Assembly (NCBI GenBank): GCA_965249595.1
Contig: OZ252242.1
Coordinates: 1,168,569 to 1,232,568, forward strand
Direction: 5' to 3'
Source of the DNA: Chloroflexota bacterium
GTDB taxonomy: Bacteria > Chloroflexota > UBA11872 > VXNJ01
DNA length: 64,000 nt
The translations under genes and the position numbers were made by a program. Under the pieces are notes generated by a model. It was not told the DNA's origin. It saw only the letters and a list, made by a program, of their open reading frames with translations, and searched no databases. Below are positions 19,160 through 31,146 of the stretch, one piece after another. How positions within the stretch are numbered: position 1 is the stretch's first letter; every line of letters starts with the position of its first letter.

Positions 19160-20479
19160 TTGGGATTGACCCAGCGCGACAAGGCGCTGGCCATTGCCAA
19201 GGCCGGGATCGAGGCGGTAAAGCCGGCATCCTGTATGGCCGTCGAGTTGGAAATGCGCGGAGAGACCCTTGTCTGTCGCGAGCAGAGCCACGACCTTTCC
19301 GGACGCCGCGAGGTAATCGTTATCGGTATCGGCAAGGCGTCGGCGGCGATGGCCCAAATCGCCGAATCGCTTCTCGCCGACCGCATTGCGGCCGGTATCG
19401 TGGCGGTCAAGGACTCGCACCAACTGCCCTTGGCGCGCCTTCCTACATTTGCGGCCGCGCACCCGGTGCCAGACGAGCGGTCACCGGCCATTGGTCGTTG
19501 CATTCGCCGGCTGATCGCCGCAGCACCCCGCGACAGTCTGATCCTTGCCCTGCTGTCCGGCGGCGGGTCGGCCCTAATAACCGATCCGATTGACTCGATC
19601 ACCCTCGCCGATCTGGCCGCAACGACCGATCAGCTGCTCAGAGCCGGCGCTGACATCGGCGAGCTAAACACCGTTCGCAAACACCTGTCACGAACCCAAG
19701 GCGGACGCCTCGCCGCGAAGGCCGCCGGGCGTGAGGTTCTAGCGCTAGTCATTTCTGACGTCCTCGGCGATCGATTGGACACGGTCGCCTCCGGCCCGTT
19801 CTACCCAGACCCAACCACGTGGGCGGAGGCCCAGTCGGTGATCGATCGGTATTCATTGCAAGACCATTTGCCGGTCCGCGTGAGCGAGGCGATGTCGGCC
19901 GGATTGGCAGGTCAGTTACCGGAAACCCCCAAACCGGGAGGGCCTGAATTTGCGGCGGTATCTCATGTGGTGATCGCCAACTTGGCGAAAGCGGCGGACG
20001 CCGCGCGCGATCGGGCCTTACTTCTTGGCCTGGACTGCCAGATCCGCAATCTGCAGGTGACCGGTCCGGCGGATCGGGCGGCCGCCATGTTGGTGGCTGC
20101 GGGACGCGCCCAGTTGGCGGTTGCCGACCGACCATTCTGTTTGATCTACGGCGGCGAAACGACGGTCAAAGTCACCGGCAGCGGGTCCGGCGGCCGATGC
20201 CAGCATATGGCGCTGGCGGCGGCTCGCCAATTGGCCGGCAGTTCCGGGTTGACGGTCCTGGCCGTCGGTACCGATGGAACTGACGGTCCGACATCGGCCG
20301 CCGGTGGATTTGCCGATGGTGAGACGATTAGTCGTGGACGGGCGATGGGCGTTGACGCCGACGTTTGCATAGGCGACAACGATTCCAATCGATACTTGGC
20401 GGCCAGTGGAGATCTCCTATCTATTGGCCCCACGCAGACCAACGTGAATGACCTGCTGCTAGTGCTGGGAAACCCTTGA
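19160..20479 (+). CDS. Glycerate 2-kinase (MOFRL family, GckA/TtuD-like)
   Basis: The LLSGGGSAL and LNTVRKHLSRTQGGRL motifs, and a C-terminal MOFRL domain. Confidence 0.8.
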   Translation: MGLTQRDKALAIAKAGIEAVKPASCMAVELEMRGETLVCREQSHDLSGRREVIVIGIGKASAAMAQIAESLLADRIAAGIVAVKDSHQLPLARLPTFAAAHPVPDERSPAIGRCIRRLIAAAPRDSLILALLSGGGSALITDPIDSITLADLAATTDQLLRAGADIGELNTVRKHLSRTQGGRLAAKAAGREVLALVISDVLGDRLDTVASGPFYPDPTTWAEAQSVIDRYSLQDHLPVRVSEAMSAGLAGQLPETPKPGGPEFAAVSHVVIANLAKAADAARDRALLLGLDCQIRNLQVTGPADRAAAMLVAAGRAQLAVADRPFCLIYGGETTVKVTGSGSGGRCQHMALAAARQLAGSSGLTVLAVGTDGTDGPTSAAGGFADGETISRGRAMGVDADVCIGDNDSNRYLAASGDLLSIGPTQTNVNDLLLVLGNP

Positions 20480-20967
20480 AACAAACCGAATCCGCGTTGA
20501 CCGTTTCGCCTCAGCGAATAGATGGGGGCCAACGGTGGCACCCAGTCACCGGCGCTGCCGTGCAGGGCGGGGACCGTTTCGACTGGACCCAGCCGGCCCG
20601 GCTGATAATCCTTGCCGCGGCCGCCTTGATCGCCTACATGGCGCTGGACTGGCAAACCGGGGTATACGAAAACGCGGCCCTAAACGCTGAGGAAATACTG
20701 GTCACCACCAGCGAGTCGCAGCCGATAGCTGTCCCGTTGCTGGCGACGATTGCCCCGTCGGAACTGGTGGTCTCTGAGACCACTGTGCAGCCACCGGCGG
20801 TGACCCCCGATCCGCCCCTGCTGTCGTTTCACGTCGTCCAACCAGGCGAGTCGCTGGCCGAGCTGGCGGATCGCTATTCGATATCCGTGGACCGTTTGCT
20901 GACGGCCAATCCCAACATTGTTGACCCAGACCTCATTAGGGCCGGCGATACGATAATGGTTCCCTAA
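20476..20967 (+). CDS. LysM domain membrane protein
   Basis: A TM helix (LIILAAAALIAYMAL) and a C-terminal LysM domain (HVVQPGESLAELADRYSISVDRLLTANPNIV...GDTIMVP). Confidence 0.7.
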   Translation: MKQTESALTVSPQRIDGGQRWHPVTGAAVQGGDRFDWTQPARLIILAAAALIAYMALDWQTGVYENAALNAEEILVTTSESQPIAVPLLATIAPSELVVSETTVQPPAVTPDPPLLSFHVVQPGESLAELADRYSISVDRLLTANPNIVDPDLIRAGDTIMVP

Positions 20968-20985
20968 AACACGGGAAAATAAATG

Positions 20986-21001
20986 GCCGGGCGCGCCCGG
21001 C
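20986..21001 (+). terminator. GC palindrome (possible terminator hairpin) after the LysM gene
   Basis: gccgggcgcgcccggc is a perfect 16-nt palindrome, 19 nt after the stop. There is no clear U-tract. Confidence 0.3.
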
Positions 21002-21099
21002 ATGCGCAGCGCTGGTGCGACCATTGATCTCTGTGGCGCAGCGCGGCCCGTGCAATATCGTGGCAGCGCCCCGACCCCGGCTACTACATCTGGACTGAT

Positions 21100-23133
21100 A
21101 TGGCTACCGAAACAATTACCATTCCCGTCAATCGCTGGAACCGCGTCGGCGGCAAAAGCGGCGGCACCGTATCGGCCATCGCGGTTACTCCCGGACCAAG
21201 CACCGACCGCGTTCTCTATATCGGGACCATGTCCGGTGTCTATAAATCGCGGGACAACGGTCGTTCATGGACCATTTCCAACGTGGGATTACAGAGCCCG
21301 TTCATCCAAAACCTGGCACTGGCTTCCGAACCCGGCAGTTCCCCGCGATTGTTCGCGGCGGCGGGCGGAATCGGCGGATTCATGTCCTTTGGCGGGGTTA
21401 ACTGGCGGCGTCTCGACTACTGGGGAATCAAGCCGGAAATTGCTGCCTTTGCCGTTTCGCCGAATTTCGCTAAAGATCAATCGGCCCTCACCGCCACGCT
21501 CTCCGACGGCATATTTCGCTCCGACAACGGCGGCAAGACATGGAACGCGACCAACACCGGCCTGCCGAGCGGCGCCGGCGAGGTACTCAGCGTGGCCTAC
21601 TCGCCGGGTTTTGCCAAGGACCAGCGTGCCTACTGCGCCGTTGCCGAAAACGGCGTATATCGTTCATCGGACGGTGGCCGCAATTGGGCGGCTTGCGGAC
21701 AGGAAAATTCACCGGCGCCGGCCGCGGTGCAGGTTATCGCCGCCGCTCCGCTACGCGGCGAAGTTACCGGAGTTTTTTTCGGCGATGAAGACCAAGGCGT
21801 CTGGTACAGCCACGACGGTGGACGCACGGTGGCCCGGTCGGCGGGCATCGAGGATGAATCGGTGAACGCATTGGCAGTCTCACCGCGCTTCGCGTCTGAC
21901 CAAACCGTTTTCGCCGGCGCCGGTGACGGCGCAATCTATCGATCAGAGGACGCCGGAGCCAGCTTTAGCCGAGTTTCCGACCCGGCCGCCGGTGCGCCGG
22001 TCCTCTCGTTGGCAGCGATGGCTGAACCGGCCGGTGGCAGTTTGCTGCTAGCCGGCACCTACGGGGCCGGCCTAATGCGATCGGTCGACCAGGGCGCCAG
22101 CTGGGAATACTCAGCCGATGGGATCCCCAGCCAGAACTGGCTGTGCTTTGCCATGTCGCCTGATTTTGGTGAACGACGCTTGATGCTGGCCGGTGGTTCG
22201 CAGGGTGGAATCTTCACCTCCGACGATGCCGGCGCCAGTTGGTCTGAGGCCGCCGCCGAAACCGAAGGTGTGCCGTATTTTCAAATTTCCTTTTCGCCGC
22301 GGTTTGCCGCCGATAGCCGAGTATTTGCGGCAAGCGCTGCAGGTCTCTTTACCAGTGACGACGCCGGGGTCAATTGGAGCCATTACGAACCGCTCGGCCC
22401 CACCGAATTGCGTTGCGTCACCACCTCCAAAGAATCAGGTGGAAATTACTCCGTATTCGCCGGCGGGGTTGGCGGCCGGGCGCACTTGAGTCGAAACGGC
22501 GGGCGCGAATTTGTTCGGATCGATCACGATTTCCGCGGCGATACCCTGCTCGACGTCAAATTTACCCCGACTTTCGCCAGCGACGAGACCATCGTGGTCG
22601 CTTCGTACGGCTCGGGCCGGGTGGTGTTGACCCAGACGGAAAACGGCGGCACCAGTTGGCGCCGGATGGTGCGGCATCGCACCGCCGCCCAGTGGTCGAG
22701 CATCGTAATCCCCGACAGCTACGATCCGGTCGAGAACCAATATTGGGCGTTTGCTGCCGAAAACCAAGTGTTCAAACCGGCTCGCCGTTTTCGCAACGTG
22801 TGGTCGGGCACACGGCCGGCCAACAAAGCCACCTCGATATTGAGCCTGACAGCGGCGCCCGGGTTTGCCGATGAACCGCTTTTGTTCGCCGCCACCAGCA
22901 GCGGCGCCTATCGCTCCGCTGACGCTGGCGGAACCTGGCACGCCGTCAACGCAGGGCTCGATAATCGGGCTGTACTGCAAATTGCAGCGTCGCCGGCATT
23001 TGGCACGGATCGCACCGTTTATCTGCTGGCAATAGGGGGCGAAATTTGGGGTTACCGCGATGACCCAACGACACTGGAGTTCGAGTCGCCCGATCCAACC
23101 GAACTCGTCTACCGGCCAGATGGGATCGGTTAA
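21100..23133 (+). CDS. BNR/Asp-box repeat beta-propeller protein (GH74/sortilin/Ycf48-like fold)
   Basis: Eleven SxDxGxTW-type Asp-box repeats: SRDNGRSWT, SDNGGKTWN, SSDGGRNWA, SHDGGRTVA, SEDAGASFS, SVDQGASWE, SDDAGASWS, SDDAGVNWS, SRNGGREFV, TENGGTSWR, SADAGGTWH. No signal peptide. Confidence 0.75.
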   Translation: MATETITIPVNRWNRVGGKSGGTVSAIAVTPGPSTDRVLYIGTMSGVYKSRDNGRSWTISNVGLQSPFIQNLALASEPGSSPRLFAAAGGIGGFMSFGGVNWRRLDYWGIKPEIAAFAVSPNFAKDQSALTATLSDGIFRSDNGGKTWNATNTGLPSGAGEVLSVAYSPGFAKDQRAYCAVAENGVYRSSDGGRNWAACGQENSPAPAAVQVIAAAPLRGEVTGVFFGDEDQGVWYSHDGGRTVARSAGIEDESVNALAVSPRFASDQTVFAGAGDGAIYRSEDAGASFSRVSDPAAGAPVLSLAAMAEPAGGSLLLAGTYGAGLMRSVDQGASWEYSADGIPSQNWLCFAMSPDFGERRLMLAGGSQGGIFTSDDAGASWSEAAAETEGVPYFQISFSPRFAADSRVFAASAAGLFTSDDAGVNWSHYEPLGPTELRCVTTSKESGGNYSVFAGGVGGRAHLSRNGGREFVRIDHDFRGDTLLDVKFTPTFASDETIVVASYGSGRVVLTQTENGGTSWRRMVRHRTAAQWSSIVIPDSYDPVENQYWAFAAENQVFKPARRFRNVWSGTRPANKATSILSLTAAPGFADEPLLFAATSSGAYRSADAGGTWHAVNAGLDNRAVLQIAASPAFGTDRTVYLLAIGGEIWGYRDDPTTLEFESPDPTELVYRPDGIG

Positions 23134-24556
23134 GGCCGATAACCTGATCACCCGACGCCGCCTGCTTGGTGGTGTCGGACCGACGATCGCGTTGGCCGTC
23201 TTGGCTGCCTGTGGCCAGGGCCCCGGCGCCGATGTTCCGCCGATTTCCGAAGAACAGGAATTAATCCTCGAAAACGCGCGGTCGACGTTCGGAGCGGACA
23301 TCGATCTCTCGACGAGCTATCTGGTCAACCAAACCGTAAAACTTGGATTTGTTGCATCGCCGGGCGGCGGTCGGAATGAACACTACCAGGGCATAGTTGA
23401 CGCCGCCAGCCTTTACCAGGATGCCTACCCGCGTCTCCTTGAAGACCGAATCCTGTTGAATGAGAGGGAGGGCCTGACGATCGGCGAAGTCTTGAGTTCG
23501 CTGGGCGCTGAATCGCGACCGGACATTCTTATCTTTCCGGGCAGTCAATTAGCCGATCTGCACGCCAACAAATTGTTGATCGAATTGGACAAGGCCGGCG
23601 GCGCTGAACCCTTGCTCAATCCCCAGCAGTACTGGGGCCAGACGCTGGTCGCGGGACGAGTCCAGGGGCGCCAGTTGGCCATACCGCTGATGCTGGGACC
23701 CTGGCTGATGATTTGCAATACCGCGGTGCTAGATCCTTTTGCAATAGATCCGCCGATAAATTCGCCTTGGCCGCGAGAAAAGTTCCTGACCAACGTCGCC
23801 CGCATGACTAATCCGTCGCGAGGCCCCACCGAGCGTGGTGCGTTCGGGTTTCTCCAAATCGTGACCGCAAGCCAGTTCTCCGACTCATTGCCCCCTTCCT
23901 GGGTCTGGCTGTTGGCGATGGGATCGCAGCTCCCTGACATCGAAGGCGGCGAGGAAATATTGCAGGAAACGCCGGCGCTTGAGGCCCTGGAACTAATGCA
24001 CTCGTTGGTTCACGAGCAACGCAGCGCAATTAAAGTTGATAGTGCGGGCGGGCGCAGCCTGCGCTACGTGTTATTCGAGCATCAGAATGCGATGATGTCC
24101 TATCAGTTCAACAGCGGTTGGCTCAATCAGTTTTGGCGAACCGGGACCGGTGAATCGGTCGAATTGGCTCACCTGCCGCGTGGGAGCGGGCACTTTACTC
24201 CCGTCGAAATGCACATGATGATGGGTGTTTCGACGACGGCCAGTGACCGCGAGGCCGCGGTGGCCAGCTTGCGGGCGATCGCCCAAAGCGCCGGCAAGGT
24301 TGTTTTTCCGACCGCCTTCCGATCCGATCTGGGATCCATTCAATCACTCCACCCGCGCATCAACGCATCCGATATCCAATTTCTGGGATCGGCACTACCC
24401 ACCGCCGAGCCGGTCATGCTGCCGCGCGCCGAAAGAACGGTCTTTCGCCGAAATCTAGACCTGCCGGTAATGGTTGATCGAGTCAACCCTGAGTCAGCGG
24501 CCAGTTCAGCTCTGGCGGCCCTGTCTGAATATCGCCTGCGCAATCCTTCCGTCTGA
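23119..24556 (+). CDS. ABC transporter substrate-binding lipoprotein (solute-binding protein family 1)
   Basis: The ATG at 23119 gives MGSVKADNLITRRRLLGGVGPTIALAVLAACGQ, a twin-arginine signal plus a lipobox Cys, followed by a family-1 extracellular solute-binding-protein-like body. The ORF-track start at 23060 is likely too long. No permease or ATPase genes are adjacent. Confidence 0.7.
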
Positions 24557-24588
24557 GTAGTGGCCGCCCGGAATGGGCGTTTCCGTAA

Positions 24589-24723
24589 CTACTGGAAGGC
24601 GACGTAACCCCAGCTGCCAAATACGGCCATCGCCAGCATTCCGACCACCACCACGGTGACGAACGTCCAGGGGATAGCCGCTCGTGGTCGCTTGATCTTG
24701 GGTCGTTTGATGGGGTCTTGCAT
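24589..24723 (-). CDS. Possible 44-aa small membrane protein
   Basis: Manual translation gives MQDPIKRPKIKRPRAAIPWTFVTVVVVGMLAMAVFGSWGYVAFQ, with a basic N-terminus and a single TM helix. It is below the ORF-track length cut-off. Confidence 0.25.
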   Translation of the reverse strand: MQDPIKRPKIKRPRAAIPWTFVTVVVVGMLAMAVFGSWGYVAFQ

Positions 24724-24858
24724 GGAGTTCTTGTTCGCCCGGTGGGCTCATCTGATCAATTGCCAACAATCGAATATTAGGCCGACGCCGGTTGGCAAGC
24801 GTTATCTGACCATAACCACCTTGTTTCCGTGTAAACTTTTTTCGGCGCAAGACGCGGC

Positions 24859-25080
24859 TTGCAAGATGGTGAGGCGGCCGGGCGTGTGGTGAGAATTGCG
24901 GCGCTCGCGCTTGAATTTGGCTTCATCGTCGGAGCGTTCTTAATAGTTGGAATAAAGCTAGGCACTTGGCTTGACGGCCAATTGGCGGCGCGCCCATTGT
25001 TTCTGGCCGTCGGCGTCTTGATGGGGCTGGCAGCCAGCTTTTCGGTTTTCTACCGCATCTACCGTTGGCACGAAGGCTGA
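24859..25080 (+). CDS. AtpZ/AtpI-like small membrane protein preceding the ATP synthase genes
   Basis: 73 aa with two TM helices, ending ...FYRIYRWHEG, placed immediately upstream of atpB as for AtpZ/AtpI. TTG start. Confidence 0.5.
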   Translation: MQDGEAAGRVVRIAALALEFGFIVGAFLIVGIKLGTWLDGQLAARPLFLAVGVLMGLAASFSVFYRIYRWHEG

Positions 25081-25086
25081 TACCCG

Positions 25087-25869
25087 GTGCTTCCCGAATT
25101 TGTCCTTCCGGCCGAGCCGATCTGCGAGGGTTGCCATTGGTCGCTCCTCGGCGATTCGGTGGCCCAACCGTTTAGCGAATTCGTGCTCACCAATTCAATG
25201 GTGATCATGTTTTTGGTGATGGGCCTGATGCTGCTGACCGCACTGTTGACCCGTCGCCAAATCGGAATAGTCCCCTCATCCCTGCAGTCGCTGGTCGAGG
25301 TCACCTACGACCAGATTGAATCCGTCACGCGAGCCACGCTGGGGCGTTTCAGTGACCCGCGTCTTCCGCTGCTGACCGGATTTTTCACCTTCATTCTTTT
25401 GGCCAACTGGTTCTCGTTGCTGCCTTTCGTGGGCACCGTCGGTTATTTGCACGAGTCGCACGGTCACGAGGTCTTAGTGCCTTACCTGCGACCGGCGACG
25501 GCCGACATAAACATGACCCTGGCCCTGGCAATCGTTGCCTTCGTGCTGATTCACTCCACCGGCATCGCCTCGCACGGCCTCGTCGGTCACTTAAAAGAAG
25601 TAGCCCAGAAATCGTGGATGCTGGCCCCTATCTTCGTGCTCATTGAGCTGTTTGTGATCATCTCGCTCTCTTTCCGGCTCTTTGGCAATCTTTTCGCCGG
25701 CGAGGTCCTACTGGGACTGTCGTCGACCTACATGCCGGTAATCGGCGTTGTTTTCCTGTTGCTGGAACTTTTGTTCGGCTTGATACAGGCCATCGTATTT
25801 GCGATCCTCACCTTGAGTTTCACTGGGGTGGCAGTCGGGTCGGCGGCGGCGGCGGGTGAACACCATTGA
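25087..25869 (+). CDS. atpB: ATP synthase Fo subunit a
   Basis: SLSFRLFGNLFAGEV carries the essential Arg in the conserved helix. Multi-TM. Confidence 0.9.
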   Translation: MLPEFVLPAEPICEGCHWSLLGDSVAQPFSEFVLTNSMVIMFLVMGLMLLTALLTRRQIGIVPSSLQSLVEVTYDQIESVTRATLGRFSDPRLPLLTGFFTFILLANWFSLLPFVGTVGYLHESHGHEVLVPYLRPATADINMTLALAIVAFVLIHSTGIASHGLVGHLKEVAQKSWMLAPIFVLIELFVIISLSFRLFGNLFAGEVLLGLSSTYMPVIGVVFLLLELLFGLIQAIVFAILTLSFTGVAVGSAAAAGEHH

Positions 25870-25913
25870 ATTTCAACCATTTCCGCGAACAAACAACTTA
25901 AAAGGAGTCGCAA

Positions 25914-26141
25914 ATGGATTACGGACCAATTGGAGCTGGTCTGGCGATCGGCCTGGCCGGAATCGGATCCGGTATTGGCCTGGGGCTAGGTACCGCTGCC
26001 GCAATGTCGGCGCTGGGCCGCAACCCGGAGGCTGAAAACGTCGTTCGCCCGAACATGATCGTCGCCCTCGGTTTGACCGAAGCGATAGGCATCTACGGCT
26101 TCCTAATCGGTCTGTTCCTGGCGCTGGGCCTGGGCGGCTAA
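25914..26141 (+). CDS. atpE: ATP synthase Fo subunit c
   Basis: 75-aa hairpin proteolipid GLAGIGSGIGLG...RNPE...LGLTEAIGIYGF. Confidence 0.9.
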   Translation: MDYGPIGAGLAIGLAGIGSGIGLGLGTAAAMSALGRNPEAENVVRPNMIVALGLTEAIGIYGFLIGLFLALGLGG

Positions 26142-26189
26142 AGCCGGCCTGAGCACGGTACCGAACCATACGGGAGGACCGATTTTTAA

Positions 26190-26699
26190 GTGGTAGAGCT
26201 ATTTGAGGGAGTGGGGATCCTATTCCCTAACCTGCTGTTCCAGCTCATCACGTTCCTACTGTTCGTCTGGATCATCAATCGGCTGCTTTTCAAACCGATC
26301 GCCCGGGCCCTGCGCGAGCGTCGAGAGCGGATTGCAAGTGACATTGATTCGGCATCGGATTTGCGCCAGCAGGCCATGCGGGAGCAGGAGCAGTTCCAGG
26401 TCCAATTGCGAGAGCAACAGGCCGAGGCGCAACGAATGCGGCAGGAGATGGCGCAACGGCTGTCTGAACTCGAGGCCCAGCAGATGCAGGAGGCCCGCGA
26501 CCAAGCGGCCCGCATCCGCGCCGAGGCCCAGAGCGAATCAGAGCGACTAAAAGAGCAAGCGCTGCTCGAAGCCCGCGGCGAACTCGCCGATCTGGTGATG
26601 GCGGCCACCGGCCAGGTCTTGGGTCGTGTTGTCGACGACGAAGAACGTGCCCGGTTGGTTGACGAGGCGGTCGCTGAGCTAGGCGGCCAATCGAATTGA
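26190..26699 (+). CDS. atpF: ATP synthase Fo subunit b
   Basis: An N-terminal TM helix, then a long charged coiled coil (RERRERIASDIDSA...). Its position in the operon fits. Confidence 0.85.
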   Translation: MVELFEGVGILFPNLLFQLITFLLFVWIINRLLFKPIARALRERRERIASDIDSASDLRQQAMREQEQFQVQLREQQAEAQRMRQEMAQRLSELEAQQMQEARDQAARIRAEAQSESERLKEQALLEARGELADLVMAATGQVLGRVVDDEERARLVDEAVAELGGQSN

Positions 26700-27226
26700 T
26701 CCGAGACCGGCATTCGGCTCGCCGAATGGTTCTTTCCTATGTAAATGCGATCGTTGCCGACGCCGAAGCGGCCGACGCCTGGGCGCAATGGGATCAGGAC
26801 CTTAACGCGTTGGCTCAGATCGGCGCTGACCGTGCTCTCGCCGCGGCCATCAGTGCACGCGGCACCGGCGATGACAGGGTTTCGGCTCTGCTCGGCGGGA
26901 TTTTGGGGGAACGTGGATTGGCCATCAGCGAGATTCTCGCGGCCGAGGGCCACTTCGAATTAGTCGGCGCGATTTACGAACGATTCGTGCGTCGGTCGGC
27001 CACTGAAGGACCGTTGGACAGGGTTCTGATTACCGCCGCCGGGGAACTTACCGACCGGCAAATCGGCGCCATATCCAATCAACTGACCAAGCCAAATCGC
27101 CAAGTGGTTATGCAGACCAGGATCGACCCCGATCTCATCGGTGGAATCATTGTCCGCATCGGCGATTGGCGCTACGACTTCTCGGTCCGTTCGCGGCTCG
27201 AGTCCCTGAGACGATCAATTAACTAA
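26696..27226 (+). CDS. atpH: ATP synthase F1 delta subunit (OSCP)
   Basis: 176 aa with the C-terminal motif [25 protein letters not shown], typical of delta. Operon position fits. Confidence 0.85.
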   Translation: MIRDRHSARRMVLSYVNAIVADAEAADAWAQWDQDLNALAQIGADRALAAAISARGTGDDRVSALLGGILGERGLAISEILAAEGHFELVGAIYERFVRRSATEGPLDRVLITAAGELTDRQIGAISNQLTKPNRQVVMQTRIDPDLIGGIIVRIGDWRYDFSVRSRLESLRRSIN

Positions 27227-27246
27227 AGCAGGCATTTTTAGTACCA

Positions 27247-28773
27247 ATGGTGCAATCAAAACAAGATATAGCGGCGCTGCTCCGGCAGCGAATTGCGGAC
27301 CTAGATCCCTCCACCGACGCCGCCAACGTCGGCTCGGTGGTAGAAGCTGGCGACGGGATAGCCCGTATTCAGGGGCTCTCCCAGGCGATGGCCGGCGAAT
27401 TGGTCGAATTCCCAGGCGACGTATTGGGAATGGCCCTCAACCTGGAGGAGGATTCGGTCGGCGCGGTGCTTTTGGGCCAATTCGAGCATATTCGTGAAGG
27501 CGACGAGGTCAAGTCAACCGGTCGCGTCGCCCAGGTTCCGGTCGGGGAAGCCCTGCTGGGCCGAGTGGTTTCGGCCGTCGGCGAACCGCTTGACGGTCGC
27601 GGACCGGTGGAAACCAGCGAATTTGACGTAATAGAAAAAGTGGCGCCCGGGGTAACCGCGCGCGCCAATGTCGACACGCCGCTGCAGACCGGAATTCGGG
27701 CCATCGATTCGATGATCCCGATCGGGCGCGGTCAACGCGAATTGATCATCGGCGACCGCCAAATCGGCAAGACCGCGGTGGCCATTGACGCCATCATCAA
27801 CCAGCGCGACACCGGCGTTAAATGCATCTATGTCGCAATCGGCCAGAAAGCCGGTCAGGTAGCCCAGGTTCGAGCGGTGCTTGATCAGCACGGCGCGATG
27901 GACCACACGGTAATCGTGGCGGCCACGGCATCCAATCCGGCTGGAATGCAGTTCATCGCCCCATTCGTAGGCTGCACCATCGGCGAGTACTTCCGCGACC
28001 GCGGCGAGGACGCCCTGGTGGTCTATGACGACCTGACCAAACACGCCTGGGCATATCGCCAGATTTCGCTGCTGCTTCGCCGTCCACCGGGCCGCGAAGC
28101 CTACCCCGGCGACATCTTTTACCTGCATTCCAGGCTGCTTGAACGAGCCGCCCGGATGGGGTCTGACGCCGGCGGCGGATCGCTCACTGCACTGCCGATC
28201 ATCGAGACCCAAGAGGGTGACCTGACCACATACGTTCCCACCAACGTGATATCAATCACCGATGGTCAGATCTACCTCGAGCCCAGTCTCTTCAACGCCG
28301 GCAACCGACCGGCAATCAACGCCGGTCTGTCGGTCTCGCGGGTTGGCGGCGACGCCCAATTGCGCAGCATGCGCACCGTCGCCGATGGATTGAGGCTTTC
28401 ACTGGCCCAGTACCGCGAAGTGGCGGCCTTTGCCCAATTCGGATCGGATCTTGATCCGGCCACCCAGCGACAGCTCACCCGCGGACTGCGCTTGCTGGAG
28501 ATCCTCAAGCAGGATCAGTACCAGCCGCAATCCGTAGTAGACCAGGTGATCTCGCTGCGCGCTGGCACGTCGGGCCGGGCTGACCCGGTGCCGGTTGAAG
28601 ACGTTGCCCGATTCATCGATGAACTTCTCATGCACCTGCGGGCCGGTCAAGCCGATCTGGTAGGCGCAATTACTGAAAGTGGCCGCATCGAAAGCGACCA
28701 ATTGACCGCATTGGACGCGGCGATTGAAGGATTTGCCAGCAGTCACTTTATCCCCAGTGAGTCGGCGGCCTAG
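27247..28773 (+). CDS. atpA: ATP synthase F1 alpha subunit
   Basis: [13 protein letters not shown] (Walker A) and an alpha-specific C-terminal domain. Confidence 0.95.
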   Translation: MVQSKQDIAALLRQRIADLDPSTDAANVGSVVEAGDGIARIQGLSQAMAGELVEFPGDVLGMALNLEEDSVGAVLLGQFEHIREGDEVKSTGRVAQVPVGEALLGRVVSAVGEPLDGRGPVETSEFDVIEKVAPGVTARANVDTPLQTGIRAIDSMIPIGRGQRELIIGDRQIGKTAVAIDAIINQRDTGVKCIYVAIGQKAGQVAQVRAVLDQHGAMDHTVIVAATASNPAGMQFIAPFVGCTIGEYFRDRGEDALVVYDDLTKHAWAYRQISLLLRRPPGREAYPGDIFYLHSRLLERAARMGSDAGGGSLTALPIIETQEGDLTTYVPTNVISITDGQIYLEPSLFNAGNRPAINAGLSVSRVGGDAQLRSMRTVADGLRLSLAQYREVAAFAQFGSDLDPATQRQLTRGLRLLEILKQDQYQPQSVVDQVISLRAGTSGRADPVPVEDVARFIDELLMHLRAGQADLVGAITESGRIESDQLTALDAAIEGFASSHFIPSESAA

Positions 28774-28782
28774 GCTACTCCA

Positions 28783-29661
28783 ATGGCCTCCTTAAGGGAC
28801 ATCCGTACTCGCATAAACGGAGTTGACGCCACTCGGCAGATCACCCGGGCAATGCAGCTGGTGGCCACCTCCAAAATGTTTAAAGCCCAGGAGGCGGTGC
28901 GCCAATCACAGCCGTACGCCGATGCGCTGCGGACGGTGGTGGCGAACCTGACGGCTACCGATCCCGACCTGGTAGGCGCCCATCCGTTGATGCAGCCACC
29001 GGACCGATCGCGGCCGACCGCATTGGTTACTTTTGCGACCAATCGCGGCTTAGTAGGCGGATTAAACACCAACTTGGCGCGCACCACTCTGGAACACGCG
29101 CGGACCCTCCGCAACGAGAATTCCGACGCCGAAATCGAATCGGTTTGCATTGGCCGGGTGGGGGTTCGAATGCTCGGTGGCGCCATTCCGGTGCACGCTC
29201 AATTTACCGAGTTTCCCGACCAACCCGGTTCCGATGACGTGAGTTCGTTAGCGCGACTGCTCGTGGATGGCTATGCGGATGGCCGATTTGGGGCCATCGA
29301 GATGGTTTATCCGCGGTTTGTAAATACCGTTTCCCAATTCCCGGTGATTGAACGCCTGTTCCCGCTAACCGAGTTACTGGAACACGAATCGAGGCGGAAT
29401 CTGCAATACATCTACGAGCCTTCGCGGGCGGCCGTACTTGATTCGCTGCTACCGCGGTTCGTGCAATCGCGGCTGTTGCAAGTGGCCCTCAACGCGGCGG
29501 CCAGTGAGCACTCTTCGCGAATGGTGGCGATGCGCAACGCCACCGAGAACGCCAACGAATTAATCGATGACTTGAAACTTACCTATAACCGTCAACGACA
29601 GGGCGCCATAACGTCCGAGATGATTGATATCGCCTCTGGCGCCAACGCCCAATCAAATTAA
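28783..29661 (+). CDS. atpG: ATP synthase F1 gamma subunit
   Basis: N-terminal MASLRDIRTRINGVDATRQITRAMQLVATSKM, and the C-terminal ...ITSEMIDIASGA. Confidence 0.9.
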   Translation: MASLRDIRTRINGVDATRQITRAMQLVATSKMFKAQEAVRQSQPYADALRTVVANLTATDPDLVGAHPLMQPPDRSRPTALVTFATNRGLVGGLNTNLARTTLEHARTLRNENSDAEIESVCIGRVGVRMLGGAIPVHAQFTEFPDQPGSDDVSSLARLLVDGYADGRFGAIEMVYPRFVNTVSQFPVIERLFPLTELLEHESRRNLQYIYEPSRAAVLDSLLPRFVQSRLLQVALNAAASEHSSRMVAMRNATENANELIDDLKLTYNRQRQGAITSEMIDIASGANAQSN

Positions 29662-29693
29662 ATCCAAACAACCCTCAACCAATTTCAAATTAA

Positions 29694-31103
<1,410 letters not shown>

Positions 31104-31146
31104 GCCGCCGTCACCGGTGGACCGCAAATTAGAGAAGTAATGTGGA

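Noticed and set aside
21002-21865. 287-aa plus-strand ORF overlapping the start of the BNR gene
   Set aside because: It is a different frame of the well-supported BNR-repeat gene. It is Pro/Arg/Ser-rich with no motifs.
26186-26953. 255-aa minus-strand ORF
   Set aside because: Antisense to atpF/atpH. Its Ser/Arg-rich composition mirrors the charged coiled-coil coding strand.
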